Positions 18,301 to 26,733 of a stretch of 64,000 bases of DNA are shown in pieces. Source of the stretch: Acetobacter sp. (lineage in GTDB: Bacteria; Pseudomonadota; Alphaproteobacteria; Acetobacterales; Acetobacteraceae). Under the pieces are notes generated by a model that saw only the letters and a program-made list of their open reading frames with translations, ran no database searches and had not been told where the DNA came from. The stretch covers positions 12,720 to 76,719 of the forward strand of contig NZ_JBDOBQ010000010.1 of NCBI RefSeq assembly GCF_047723915.1, in the 5' to 3' direction. The first letter of the stretch is position 1; each line of letters opens with the position of its first letter. The translations under genes were made by a program, and so were the position numbers.

Positions 18301-19455
18301 CTACAGCCAGCCTGCCAGTTCGCGGCGGGCCAGTTTTTCCAGCAGGTCGATACTGGCCGGGCTGTCGTTCAGGCAGGGGATGAGGGTGAAGGATTCGCCC
18401 CCGGCCGCCATGAATTCCTCACGCACCTCGTTGCCGATTTCATCGAGCGTTTCCAGGCAGTCGGCCATGAAACCGGGCATGACCACGGCAATACGCGTGA
18501 TCCCGCGTGCGGGCAGCGCCTTGATAAACGGGGCCGTATAGGGTTCCAGCCATTTGGCCGGCCCGAAACGGGACTGAAAGGTCATGGGCAGGGTGGTTTC
18601 ATCCATCCCCAGCGCGGCGCGCAGGGCCACAACCGTTTTAAGACAGTCCGCCGCATAGGGGTCGCCCTTTGTCACGTAATCCTTGGGCAGGCCGTGGAAG
18701 GACGCCACGACCACCTGGAACGGCTCGCTCGCAGTTTGGCCCGCAGCTTGGCCCGCAACCTGCCCCGTAGTCTGACCGACGGACGGGGAAGAAGTCCGGG
18801 GCGGAATCTGGGGCGTAGTCCGGGGCGCACTCGGGGCGGACATCTCGGCCAGGGCACGGTCCTGCGCATCACGCACGCTCCGGGCCAGGGCCGCGATAAA
18901 ATCGGGGTCATCCGCAAAGGGGGGCAGGGTGCGCAGGGCAGGCTGGTTGCGCAGTTTCATGAGCGCGCGAAAAATCTGGTCGTTGGCCGTGGCGGTGGTG
19001 GTCGCACTGTATTGCGGGTAAAGCGGCATGACCAGAATACGCTCGCACCCCTGACGCAGCAGGTCATGCAGGGCCTCGGCCAGTGCAGGGCGGCCGTAAC
19101 GCATGCCCCACACGACCGGCACACCCGATACGCCAAGGCGTTCGGCCAGTTTTTCAGCCTGACGGCGTGTGACCCCGCGCAGGGGGCTTTCGTTGCGTTC
19201 GATGTCCCATATACGGGCGTAGGCGCGGCCACTGGCCTTGGGGCGGGTGGTCAGCACAATGCCCTGCAGGATCGGCTGCCACAGCACGGGCGGGCCTTCG
19301 ATCACCCGCCGGTCGGACAGGAATTCCGACAGGTAACGCCGTACGGCACCGTAGCCCGTGTCTTCCGGCGTGCCGAGATTGACCACGATAACACCCGGCT
19401 TGCCCGCCTGGGCCTGCTGGCCCGACCCTTCGGCCGGAATATGATGAAAGACCAT
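18301..19455 (-). CDS. hemH: Ferrochelatase
   Basis: Contains VNLGTPE, YLSEFLSDRRV, MRYG.P, LYPQYS and SFHGLPKDY. Start trimmed to ATG 19455 (MVFHH...). Confidence 0.9.
   Translation of the reverse strand: MVFHHIPAEGSGQQAQAGKPGVIVVNLGTPEDTGYGAVRRYLSEFLSDRRVIEGPPVLWQPILQGIVLTTRPKASGRAYARIWDIERNESPLRGVTRRQAEKLAERLGVSGVPVVWGMRYGRPALAEALHDLLRQGCERILVMPLYPQYSATTTATANDQIFRALMKLRNQPALRTLPPFADDPDFIAALARSVRDAQDRALAEMSAPSAPRTTPQIPPRTSSPSVGQTTGQVAGQAAGQTASEPFQVVVASFHGLPKDYVTKGDPYAADCLKTVVALRAALGMDETTLPMTFQSRFGPAKWLEPYTAPFIKALPARGITRIAVVMPGFMADCLETLDEIGNEVREEFMAAGGESFTLIPCLNDSPASIDLLEKLARRELAGWL
18727..18840. repeat. In-frame 12-nt degenerate tandem repeats inside hemH (38-aa insert)
   Basis: gcagtttggccc/gcagcttggccc/gcaacctgcccc/gtagtctgaccg/... 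gaagtccggggc/ggaatctggggc/gtagtccggggc. Encodes SAPSAPRTTPQIPPRTSSPSVGQTTGQVAGQAAGQTAS. Confidence 0.7.
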
Positions 19456-19501
19456 GAAACCCCCGTGCTTTACCGTTCCTGGCCTGCAAAGCCGAACGCC
19501 G

Positions 19502-21013
19502 TCAAGACGACGCCTTGCCCCGCCCTGCCCGCGCCGCACTCCGCCGGGCGGCACTGCGCGTAACACGCCCGCCAGCCCCCACCCGCCGGCCCGCCCCGGA
19601 AGACGAGCCGGAGGGCAAGTCAGACAAAGGCGGAATGGGGTCTGAGCCCGTACTATGCGTACCCCCCGCCGCGGGGGAATACGCCAGCGGATCCGGCGGG
19701 ACCGTAGCGGCCGGGACCTTACCGGCTGAAGGTGCACCGACAGGGGGCGCACCAACCGCGGCACCACCGACAGAGGAACTGCCGACAGGGGAGCGACCGG
19801 CTGGAGATTCACCAACCGGGGGCTTGCCAACCGGGGGACGACCAACTGGGGGACGACCAACCGGCAGCACTCCGCCCTGCACGGGGTCGGGCGACCCCGC
19901 CCCATCCCCCATGCCGGGGGTGGCGGTCAGGCTCCGCACACCCAGATCGAGGCATTTGCGCATGACCGAGGGTAATGACGCCGCCCGCGCCCGATCCAGC
20001 GGCAGCAGAAAACGGTCGCGCACATCCTGGTTGGAAAACCGCGTAACGCAGGCCGCATACACCACAAGTTCCAGCGTGAAATGCGTGAACACATGCACCA
20101 CCGTACCCGCCACCTGCCACGAAGCCTGCACCCGCACCGGGGCGTGGGCCAGGGCCTCCTCCTCCGGCCAGGGGGTGGCCCGCCAGTCCGTTCCGGGCAG
20201 TTCGGTCATGGCGGCCAGCAGCCCGGTTTCGGGCCTGCGACGCAGCAGCACCTGCCCTGCCGCATCCATGGCCAGAAAATGCGCCCCGTACCGCACGGGC
20301 CGCGCCACCTTTGGGGCTTTGCGCGGCAGGCTGGCAGCCGTACCGGCGGCATGGGCCGCACAGTTCCCCACCCACGGGCACAGGCCGCAGGCGGGCGAGC
20401 GCGGCGAACACAGCGAGGCCCCAAGATCGAACAGGGCCTGCGCAAAGGCCGATGGCCGTGCCCGGGCCTGCGGGTCCGCGTTCAGGGTTGCGGCAAGGCC
20501 TGCCAGTGTCCGGCGGGCGGCGGGCAGGGGGTCGGTCACGTTGAACAGGCGGGCGGTCACACGTTCCACATTGCCGTCCACCGGCACGACCGGCACGCCA
20601 AAGGCAATGGCCGCCACAGCCGCCGCCGTATAGGCCCCTATGCCGGGCAGAGCCCGTAGCCCTTCCACCGTTGCCGGAAAACCCCCAAGGGCCGCCACGG
20701 CCTGCGCGCAGGCATGCAGGTTGCGCGCCCGCGAATAATAGCCAAGCCCCGCCCAGGCGGCCAGAACCTGCTCGCGCTCGGCCGCGGCCAGCGCCTGCAC
20801 GGTGGGGAACAGGACCAGGAATTTTTCGTAATAGGGAATGACCGCCTTGACCGTGGTCTGCTGGAGCATGATCTCGCTCAGCCAGACACGGTAGGGGTCG
20901 GGGGCGGGACTGGCGACACCGCCACCCGCTTGCCCATCCGGCAGCCGCCATGGCAAGGAACGGGAATGTCTGTCATACCAGTGCAGCAGGGCATGGGCGG
21001 GCGGTATAGTCAC
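19502..21013 (-). CDS. mutY: A/G-specific adenine glycosylase MutY with a repeat-containing C-terminal extension
   Basis: Contains WLSEIMLQQTTV, HhH LPGIGAYTAAAV and Fe-S CSPRSPACGLCPWVGNC. The start is uncertain (GTG 21013 or ATG 21091). The upstream part of the track ORF (to 21688) is rejected because DUF721 occupies it. Confidence 0.8.
   Translation of the reverse strand: MTIPPAHALLHWYDRHSRSLPWRLPDGQAGGGVASPAPDPYRVWLSEIMLQQTTVKAVIPYYEKFLVLFPTVQALAAAEREQVLAAWAGLGYYSRARNLHACAQAVAALGGFPATVEGLRALPGIGAYTAAAVAAIAFGVPVVPVDGNVERVTARLFNVTDPLPAARRTLAGLAATLNADPQARARPSAFAQALFDLGASLCSPRSPACGLCPWVGNCAAHAAGTAASLPRKAPKVARPVRYGAHFLAMDAAGQVLLRRRPETGLLAAMTELPGTDWRATPWPEEEALAHAPVRVQASWQVAGTVVHVFTHFTLELVVYAACVTRFSNQDVRDRFLLPLDRARAASLPSVMRKCLDLGVRSLTATPGMGDGAGSPDPVQGGVLPVGRPPVGRPPVGKPPVGESPAGRSPVGSSSVGGAAVGAPPVGAPSAGKVPAATVPPDPLAYSPAAGGTHSTGSDPIPPLSDLPSGSSSGAGRRVGAGGRVTRSAARRSAARAGRGKASS
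19731..19880. repeat. Ten degenerate 15-nt tandem units at the mutY 3' end (PVGRP-type pentapeptide repeats)
   Basis: ggtgcaccgacaggg/ggcgcaccaaccgcg/.../ggcttgccaaccggg/ggacgaccaactggg/ggacgaccaaccggc. The minus-strand frame reads PVGRPPVGRPPVGKPPVGESPAGRSPVG... Confidence 0.75.
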
Positions 21014-21023
21014 GGAGGCAGTT

Positions 21024-21506
21024 ATGGCGAAGGAACCCCGCGCGGGCAAGCCGAAGGCGCAGGTGCAGGACCAGCCGCCGCGCCGCGCCATGACGGCGCG
21101 CAGCCTGGCCGCCCTGCTGCCCAACGTGACCGCGCCCGCCTTCCGCCGCCGGTCCCCCACGGGGGCGCGGCTCATGGCCTGCTGGGCCGATGCGGTGGGC
21201 CCCGCCCACGCGCGGCTGACAACCCCGCAGCGCCTGAGTGCGGGCACCCTGACCATAGCCTGCGCAGGCCCGGTCGCGCTGGAACTGCAACACCAGGCGG
21301 ACATGCTGATCGCCCGGATCAACACATGGTGCGGGGACAGGCTGGTAACACGCCTGCGCTTCGTGCAGGACCCGCTGGCCGGCACCCAAAAAAAACCCGC
21401 ACGGCGCAAGCCCGGCCCCGCACGGCCCTGTACCCTGCCCGACCTGCCCGAAGGCCCGCTGCGCACCGCGCTGGAGGCCCTGGGCACGGGCATTGCCCAG
21501 GACTGA
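21024..21506 (+). CDS. DUF721 (DciA-like) protein
   Basis: LLPNVTAPAFRRRSPTGARLMACWADAVGP...GTLTIACAGPVALELQHQADMLIARIN is typical of DUF721. It is divergent from mutY, as is common in alphaproteobacteria. Alternative start at 21090. Confidence 0.7.
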   Translation: MAKEPRAGKPKAQVQDQPPRRAMTARSLAALLPNVTAPAFRRRSPTGARLMACWADAVGPAHARLTTPQRLSAGTLTIACAGPVALELQHQADMLIARINTWCGDRLVTRLRFVQDPLAGTQKKPARRKPGPARPCTLPDLPEGPLRTALEALGTGIAQD

Positions 21507-21653
21507 AGCGCCGTTCCATAAAAACAGCCGACGGCACATTCCGCGCCATGCCCGCCCTGTGCCCCCTTCAATGCCACTTTCAATGCCACGTTCAGTAACA
21601 CCGACACGTCATGCCCCATTGCATCGGCCAGCGCGGGCAGGCACCATAACGCC

Positions 21654-22835
21654 ATGTGGTGTGGCTTTTTTCCTCCCTTTTCGCGCACGGCCCGACCCCG
21701 TACCGGGGGGCAGCGCCTGCGTGCGGGGCTGACGCTGGGCGCGCTGGCAATACTGGCCGCCTGCGCGGGACCTGTGCGCAGCTACCGCCCGCCCGGCTCC
21801 GCCCTGAACCCGTGGGGGCCTTATATCCGCGAAGCGTCGCAGCGGTTTTCCATTCCGCAGGGGTGGATACGCGCCGTCATGTGGCAGGAATCGGGTGGGC
21901 ACCAGTATATTCACGGCCACCTGACACGTTCGGTCCACGGGGCTGTGGGGCTTATGCAGGTCAAGCCCGACACCTACCACGAACTGGCCCGGCGCTACGG
22001 CCTGGGGTCGGACCCGTACGACCCGCATGACAATATCATGGCGGGCAGCGGCTATATCCGTGAACTGTATGACCGGTTCGGCTCCCCCGACTTTCTGGCC
22101 GCCTATAGCTGCGGCCCGCAATGCATGGCCAATTACCGCGCCGGTTCGGGCTCCCTTCCCGGGTATGCGCGCAGTTATCTGGCCGCTGTCTCCCCGCACC
22201 TGAACGATCCCGTGCCCGCCGTGACCGAACCCGGGCCCGACACCACCCCCATGACAACACCCGTACGCGTGGTTGCGGACAGCACCCCCGCCCCGCCGGA
22301 GGACGCAACCGCCCAGGCCGACGCCCAGGCGGCGGAATCGGACATGCAGACCGACAGCGCAGCCCCCGTGGCCGTGGCCAGTGCTGACATGCCCGCCCCG
22401 GACGACACGGCAACAGGTGGCCTAGGCCCCGGCACGCCCGATACAGTCAGCCCCAACCCGCGCGCGGGGAGCAGCTACGGCCCTGCGGCCGCGACACAGA
22501 CCGTGCCGGAACCCCCCATCATGGCGGGGCCAACTGCCAGTTCCACCCTGCGCGGGCGCGGGCCGGCCCTTGTGTGGAAGCAGAACGCACAGACCGGTAA
22601 CGCCGTTATCCAGATCGGGGCGTTTTCCACCCAGACACGCGCGCGCGACGCGCTACGCCTGGCCCACAGCGCCACACAGGCGCTGAACAGCGCCACCGAC
22701 CGGGTCGAGCCCATCCCGCACGGGCCGCACCCCATATGGCGCACCCGTATTGCGGGCCTGCCCGCCGGGCGGACACAGGCCATATGCGCCAGCCTGCGCC
22801 AGCAGGGCCTGTCCTGCGTGACGGTGCCGCAGTAA
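21654..22835 (+). CDS. Lytic transglycosylase lipoprotein (SLT domain) with C-terminal SPOR domain
   Basis: Contains lipobox ILAAC, SLT catalytic region MWQESGG...GLMQV, and a C-terminal IQIGAFS...SPOR-like segment. Confidence 0.8.
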   Translation: MWCGFFPPFSRTARPRTGGQRLRAGLTLGALAILAACAGPVRSYRPPGSALNPWGPYIREASQRFSIPQGWIRAVMWQESGGHQYIHGHLTRSVHGAVGLMQVKPDTYHELARRYGLGSDPYDPHDNIMAGSGYIRELYDRFGSPDFLAAYSCGPQCMANYRAGSGSLPGYARSYLAAVSPHLNDPVPAVTEPGPDTTPMTTPVRVVADSTPAPPEDATAQADAQAAESDMQTDSAAPVAVASADMPAPDDTATGGLGPGTPDTVSPNPRAGSSYGPAAATQTVPEPPIMAGPTASSTLRGRGPALVWKQNAQTGNAVIQIGAFSTQTRARDALRLAHSATQALNSATDRVEPIPHGPHPIWRTRIAGLPAGRTQAICASLRQQGLSCVTVPQ

Positions 22836-23103
22836 AAATCCTGCCATGCGGCACAGCACCGTTCCCGCACAGATCGGAAAATATTTTATTCCAGAGTAAT
22901 TTTTTCCAAAGCATGCCCGTATTTCATGCCCTGCGGCGCGGGACCGCCCGATCCCGTTTAAAAACAGCGTTTTAATCTTTCTGCGCTAGAGACTGGGTAA
23001 GCGGGGCCGAAAGGCCGCGCAACGCAGCTTACAAGACTTTGTGAATTTTCCGTTATTTTTTCGATTTTGTTAAGAAACGGGCATTCCACGGGTACCTACG
23101 CGC

Positions 23104-25950
23104 ATGCACCTTGCCAGCCAGCCTTCCACGACACCCGCGCAGGTCGGCTCCCTGCATATTACCCTGCTGGGCCATATGGCGGTTGCCTCCACCGCCGGGG
23201 TGTCCCTTCTGCCCACGGGGGCCAAGACACGCGCATTGCTGGCCGTTCTTGCCCTTTCGGCCCGCAGGCCGGTCGCGCGCACATGGCTGGCGGAACTGCT
23301 GTGGTGCAGGCGTGGCCCCGAACAGGCCCGCGCGTCGCTCCGGCAGGAAATCCACCGCCTGCTTGGCGTGCTGGAACCGCTCAGCCCCCCGGTGCTGGAC
23401 GTGCAGCGCCATACGCTGGCCCTGCGCCGCGCCGGAATCCGGGTGGATACCGACGCCGTGCTGGCCGCCACGCCGCAGACCGTGCTGGACCTGCCCGAAA
23501 CCCTGCCCCCGCTGCTGGAAGACCTGGGCGCGCTTGACGGGGCTTTCAGAACCTGGCTCGACGGCGAACGCGCGCGGCTGGCCAGCCATATCCGCCACCA
23601 GCTTGAAACCCTGCTGGCCGACGCCCCCGACCTTGCCACCATAAAGGAAGCGGCCCGCCGCCTGCTGCTGCTGAACCCCCTGCATGAAGCCGCATGGCGC
23701 GCACGGATCAAGGCCGAAACCCGCAATGGCGAGGAAGGGGATGCCCTGTCGAGCGCCAGAGCCTGTCTCGATACGTTCCAGAACGCGTTGGGCAGTCTGC
23801 CGGGGCAGGAGACCATGCGCCTGATCACCGACCTGCGCGCAGCCCATGACCGCAATGCCTGCGCCCCTGCGGCACCGGGCAGCCCCCAGTCGTCGCGCCT
23901 GAGAGCCATGGTGTTCCTGACCTGCGCGGGCACGCCCGGCCCACATACCCGCACCCCGGAACCCGCCGCCGGGCCCGCCGCCAGCATACCCGCCAATGTG
24001 CCTGCCAATATGTCAGCCAGTACGTCATCCAGTATGGCCTCAAATATGCCTGCCGGTGCGCCAACCGGAATGCAGACCCGTATGCCCGACGGTCTCGCCG
24101 CTGGGCTGGGGGCCGGGCCGTCCAGCCGCCGTGGCACGGAACAGGCCCGCATGCAGGCCGCCAGCCCCCCCGATGCGCCCTATGCTACCGATTGTGCCGC
24201 CCACTACACCCCCGAGCGTACTACCGACCTTGCCACGGGTCGTGCCACCCCCCACGACGTGCCGCCCCTGTCGGCAGATACGGGCGCTGCGGCTGAACGC
24301 ACCCACACGGACAGCCGCCCCCATGTGGAGCAAAGCACACGCAGGGCCAGCCGACCGGCCACGTTCCTGCCTGCCCGTGGCCTGCCTGCCAGCGGCCTGC
24401 CACTGGCCGAACAGTTCCGTGACGAACTGACCCTGAACCTTGCGGTGCATGACCTGTTCGACCTCAGCCTTCTGCCGGAGCGTCTGCCCGGAACGCCTGC
24501 CCCCGCACCGCCCTACCAGCGCCAGGCCGATTTTCTGATCGGGATTACCCTGACCGATGGCGACCGCGATGAAATCCGCTGCACGTTGCAGGCATTCGAC
24601 ACCCGCCGCAACGATGCCGTCCTATGGGGGCAACGGGTGACGGTGGGCGTGCGGGACATCTCCGAAATCAGCCACCGGCTTGCCGCGACACTGGTCACGA
24701 CCCTTATCGTGGCCGCGGCCCGGCATGTGGCGGACAAGCCCGACAGCGCTCTCAGCCCCATGGAAAAAGGACTGCGCGCGTTTATCCTGACCGTGCGGGC
24801 CGACGCCACGCAGGACGCCACACCCCCCGCCCCTGCGGCGGTTACGACCGGTATTCCCGCCAGTATTCCCGCCGGTATTCGAGACGGTGTGCGGGCCGAT
24901 GTCCGGGCCAGCGTTCCGACTGCCGCTCACGCCAACGATCGGGCCAACGATCGGGCCAGTGTCCAGACCCGCATTCCGGCTCACCTTCAGGCCAACGCTC
25001 AGGCTGGTCCTGCGGCGGGCATGCCGGCATCCGGCACCACAGACACCGTGGCCGCCACAGGACCGGCGGATACACCGCGGCGGAACACCGCCGGGACCGG
25101 GACTGGCTCAGGGATTGGCACTGGCACTAACTCAGACACTGGCACCATGCCGGACGGTGACGAAAAGACCCAGTACCGCGCCATAGAACGGCTGATCGGC
25201 GCCGCACAGGCCAGCAGCCCGGAAGACCCGTTCCTGTTTTTCGTGCATGCGCATTACCTGCTGTGCCGCCTGCATGACGACTGGGGCAGCCCCGCGGCCC
25301 AGACAGCGCGGCACCTGAACAGCGTGCTGCGGCGCGGGCTGGCCATAACCCCGGCCAGCGTGCCCTGCCGCTACCTGCTGGCCGCGGGCCTGTTCCACGC
25401 GGGCGAACTGGGGGAAGCCCAGGCCCTTCTGGGCCTGATGCATGACGCAAGCCGGATCGATTCCCGCTGGGGCATGCTGGCCATGCTGGACGCGCTCAGC
25501 GCCCTGTGCGCGGGGGATGCGGTCACCGCCGCGCGGCTGTATGGAGAATTCTTCAGTCTCGCCACGCCGCTGCCCGGCACGCTGCTCCCTTCGCAGAATT
25601 TTATTCTTTCATGTTTTCTGGCCGGTCGCCACGCCGACACGCTGCGCCACGCCCAGGGGCTGCTGGCGGTCAACCCGTGGCGCACGGCTGTTCTGGTGCC
25701 GGCCATGGCGGCGGCAAATAGCCTTGGTTATCAAGACCTTGTGCGCGATTACCATAACAGGATCAGGGCCCGGCACCCCGATCTGACCCCCCAGACCATA
25801 GAGCAGCATTACAGCTACGTGCCCCGCTCGCTCCGGCACCAGTTACTGGCCGCGATGCGCTACGACCACGGCCATGCCGCCCCCAAAGCCCCCATGACAG
25901 GCAGGGAACACCATGCAGACGCTTGGCGGGACAGACCTGAGAGGATATGA
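23104..25950 (+). CDS. Large transcriptional regulator: OmpR/PhoB-type wHTH plus BTAD (SARP-like) N-terminus, repeat-rich linker, C-terminal TPR-like region
   Basis: The N-terminus reads LHITLLGHMAV...KTRALLAVLAL...WLAELLW...ARASLRQEIHRL, followed by a BTAD-like helical segment. The upstream region is AT-rich. Confidence 0.7.
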   Translation: MHLASQPSTTPAQVGSLHITLLGHMAVASTAGVSLLPTGAKTRALLAVLALSARRPVARTWLAELLWCRRGPEQARASLRQEIHRLLGVLEPLSPPVLDVQRHTLALRRAGIRVDTDAVLAATPQTVLDLPETLPPLLEDLGALDGAFRTWLDGERARLASHIRHQLETLLADAPDLATIKEAARRLLLLNPLHEAAWRARIKAETRNGEEGDALSSARACLDTFQNALGSLPGQETMRLITDLRAAHDRNACAPAAPGSPQSSRLRAMVFLTCAGTPGPHTRTPEPAAGPAASIPANVPANMSASTSSSMASNMPAGAPTGMQTRMPDGLAAGLGAGPSSRRGTEQARMQAASPPDAPYATDCAAHYTPERTTDLATGRATPHDVPPLSADTGAAAERTHTDSRPHVEQSTRRASRPATFLPARGLPASGLPLAEQFRDELTLNLAVHDLFDLSLLPERLPGTPAPAPPYQRQADFLIGITLTDGDRDEIRCTLQAFDTRRNDAVLWGQRVTVGVRDISEISHRLAATLVTTLIVAAARHVADKPDSALSPMEKGLRAFILTVRADATQDATPPAPAAVTTGIPASIPAGIRDGVRADVRASVPTAAHANDRANDRASVQTRIPAHLQANAQAGPAAGMPASGTTDTVAATGPADTPRRNTAGTGTGSGIGTGTNSDTGTMPDGDEKTQYRAIERLIGAAQASSPEDPFLFFVHAHYLLCRLHDDWGSPAAQTARHLNSVLRRGLAITPASVPCRYLLAAGLFHAGELGEAQALLGLMHDASRIDSRWGMLAMLDALSALCAGDAVTAARLYGEFFSLATPLPGTLLPSQNFILSCFLAGRHADTLRHAQGLLAVNPWRTAVLVPAMAAANSLGYQDLVRDYHNRIRARHPDLTPQTIEQHYSYVPRSLRHQLLAAMRYDHGHAAPKAPMTGREHHADAWRDRPERI
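23982..24125. repeat. In-frame 12-nt degenerate tandem repeats (tract 1) inside the regulator
   Basis: cagcatacccgc/caatgtgcctgc/caatatgtcagc/cagtacgtcatc/cagtatggcctc/aaatatgcctgc/cggtgcgccaac/cggaatgcagac... Confidence 0.7.
24850..25146. repeat. In-frame 12-nt degenerate tandem repeats (tract 2, about 25 units) inside the regulator
   Basis: ggtattcccgcc/agtattcccgcc/ggtattcgagac/ggtgtgcgggcc/gatgtccgggcc/.../aacgatcgggcc/aacgatcgggcc/.../attggcactggc/actaactcagac. Confidence 0.75.
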
Positions 25951-26052
25951 AGGCTGGCAGGAACACCTGAGCCGCCAGCCAGGCCCGAGAACGGCTCAAA
26001 CGGCGGACCGGGAAGGACGGATACCCCAGCGCCAAGGAGCCGTATCAACATC

Positions 26053-26613
26053 ATGCTTCGCCGTCTCAAGCACTTCCGCCCTGCCGCCGGTCGCGCATTT
26101 TTCTCGCCCCCATCCCCGCGGGCGTCCCGTCCCGCTCTGGCCCCTGCCCTGGCCCTGGGCGGACTGTGCCTGCTGGGCGGGTGTTCGCTGTTCGGGGGGA
26201 GCAGCAACACCAGCAGTTCCCTGGCCGCACCCAACAGCGAACTGCTGACCGAGGACCGTGGCGCATCCGGCGGGGAGGCCTCGCTCAAGGGTGGGGTCAA
26301 CGCCTATCTGTGGCGCGCGGCACTGGATACGCTGTCCTTCATGCCCATCGCCTCCACCGATGCGGAAGGCGGCATTATCCTGACCGACTGGTACACCCCG
26401 CCAGCCGCCCATGACGAACGCTTCAAGATCACCGCTTTCATTCTGGACCGCCGCCTGCGGTCCGACGCCCTGCGGCTGAGCGTGTTCCGCCAGGTCCGCC
26501 AGGGCGATTCGTGGGTAGACACCCAGCCCGCGCCCAACACCGCATCGGATATCGCCACGCGCATTCTCTCCCGCGCGCGCAAGCTCCGCGCCGATAACGG
26601 CAACCGCGATTGA
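26053..26613 (+). CDS. DUF3576-type lipoprotein
   Basis: Contains lipobox LLGGC, VNAYLWRAALDTLSFMP and TDWYT. It sits upstream of leuS, as in other alphaproteobacteria. Confidence 0.75.
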   Translation: MLRRLKHFRPAAGRAFFSPPSPRASRPALAPALALGGLCLLGGCSLFGGSSNTSSSLAAPNSELLTEDRGASGGEASLKGGVNAYLWRAALDTLSFMPIASTDAEGGIILTDWYTPPAAHDERFKITAFILDRRLRSDALRLSVFRQVRQGDSWVDTQPAPNTASDIATRILSRARKLRADNGNRD

Positions 26614-26619
26614 TCCCCC

Positions 26620-26663
26620 GGCACGGGGGCGGGGGCTGGCCGCGCGCCGCCCCGCCCCGTGCC
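26620..26663 (+). terminator. GC-rich hairpin after the DUF3576 gene (no U-tract)
   Basis: GGCACGGGGGCGGGG ... CCCCGCCCCGTGCC forms a roughly 14-bp stem with one bulge. Confidence 0.3.
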
Positions 26664-26733
26664 CGCCGGCCCGGCATCCTGTAGCGTTGCATGGCCGTAT
26701 TCCGTCCTTTCCAGACTGGCTGCGTAATCTTTC

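Noticed and set aside
21013-21688. N-terminal 200+ aa of the 728-aa mutY track ORF
   Set aside because: This region is occupied on the plus strand by a recognisable DUF721 gene. MutY homology begins only near LLHWYD, and the upstream translation is low-complexity.
9229-25146. Periodic repeat tracts considered as CRISPR arrays
   Set aside because: The units are 10-15 nt, contiguous and degenerate, with no alternation of conserved repeats and unique spacers. No cas genes are present in the window.
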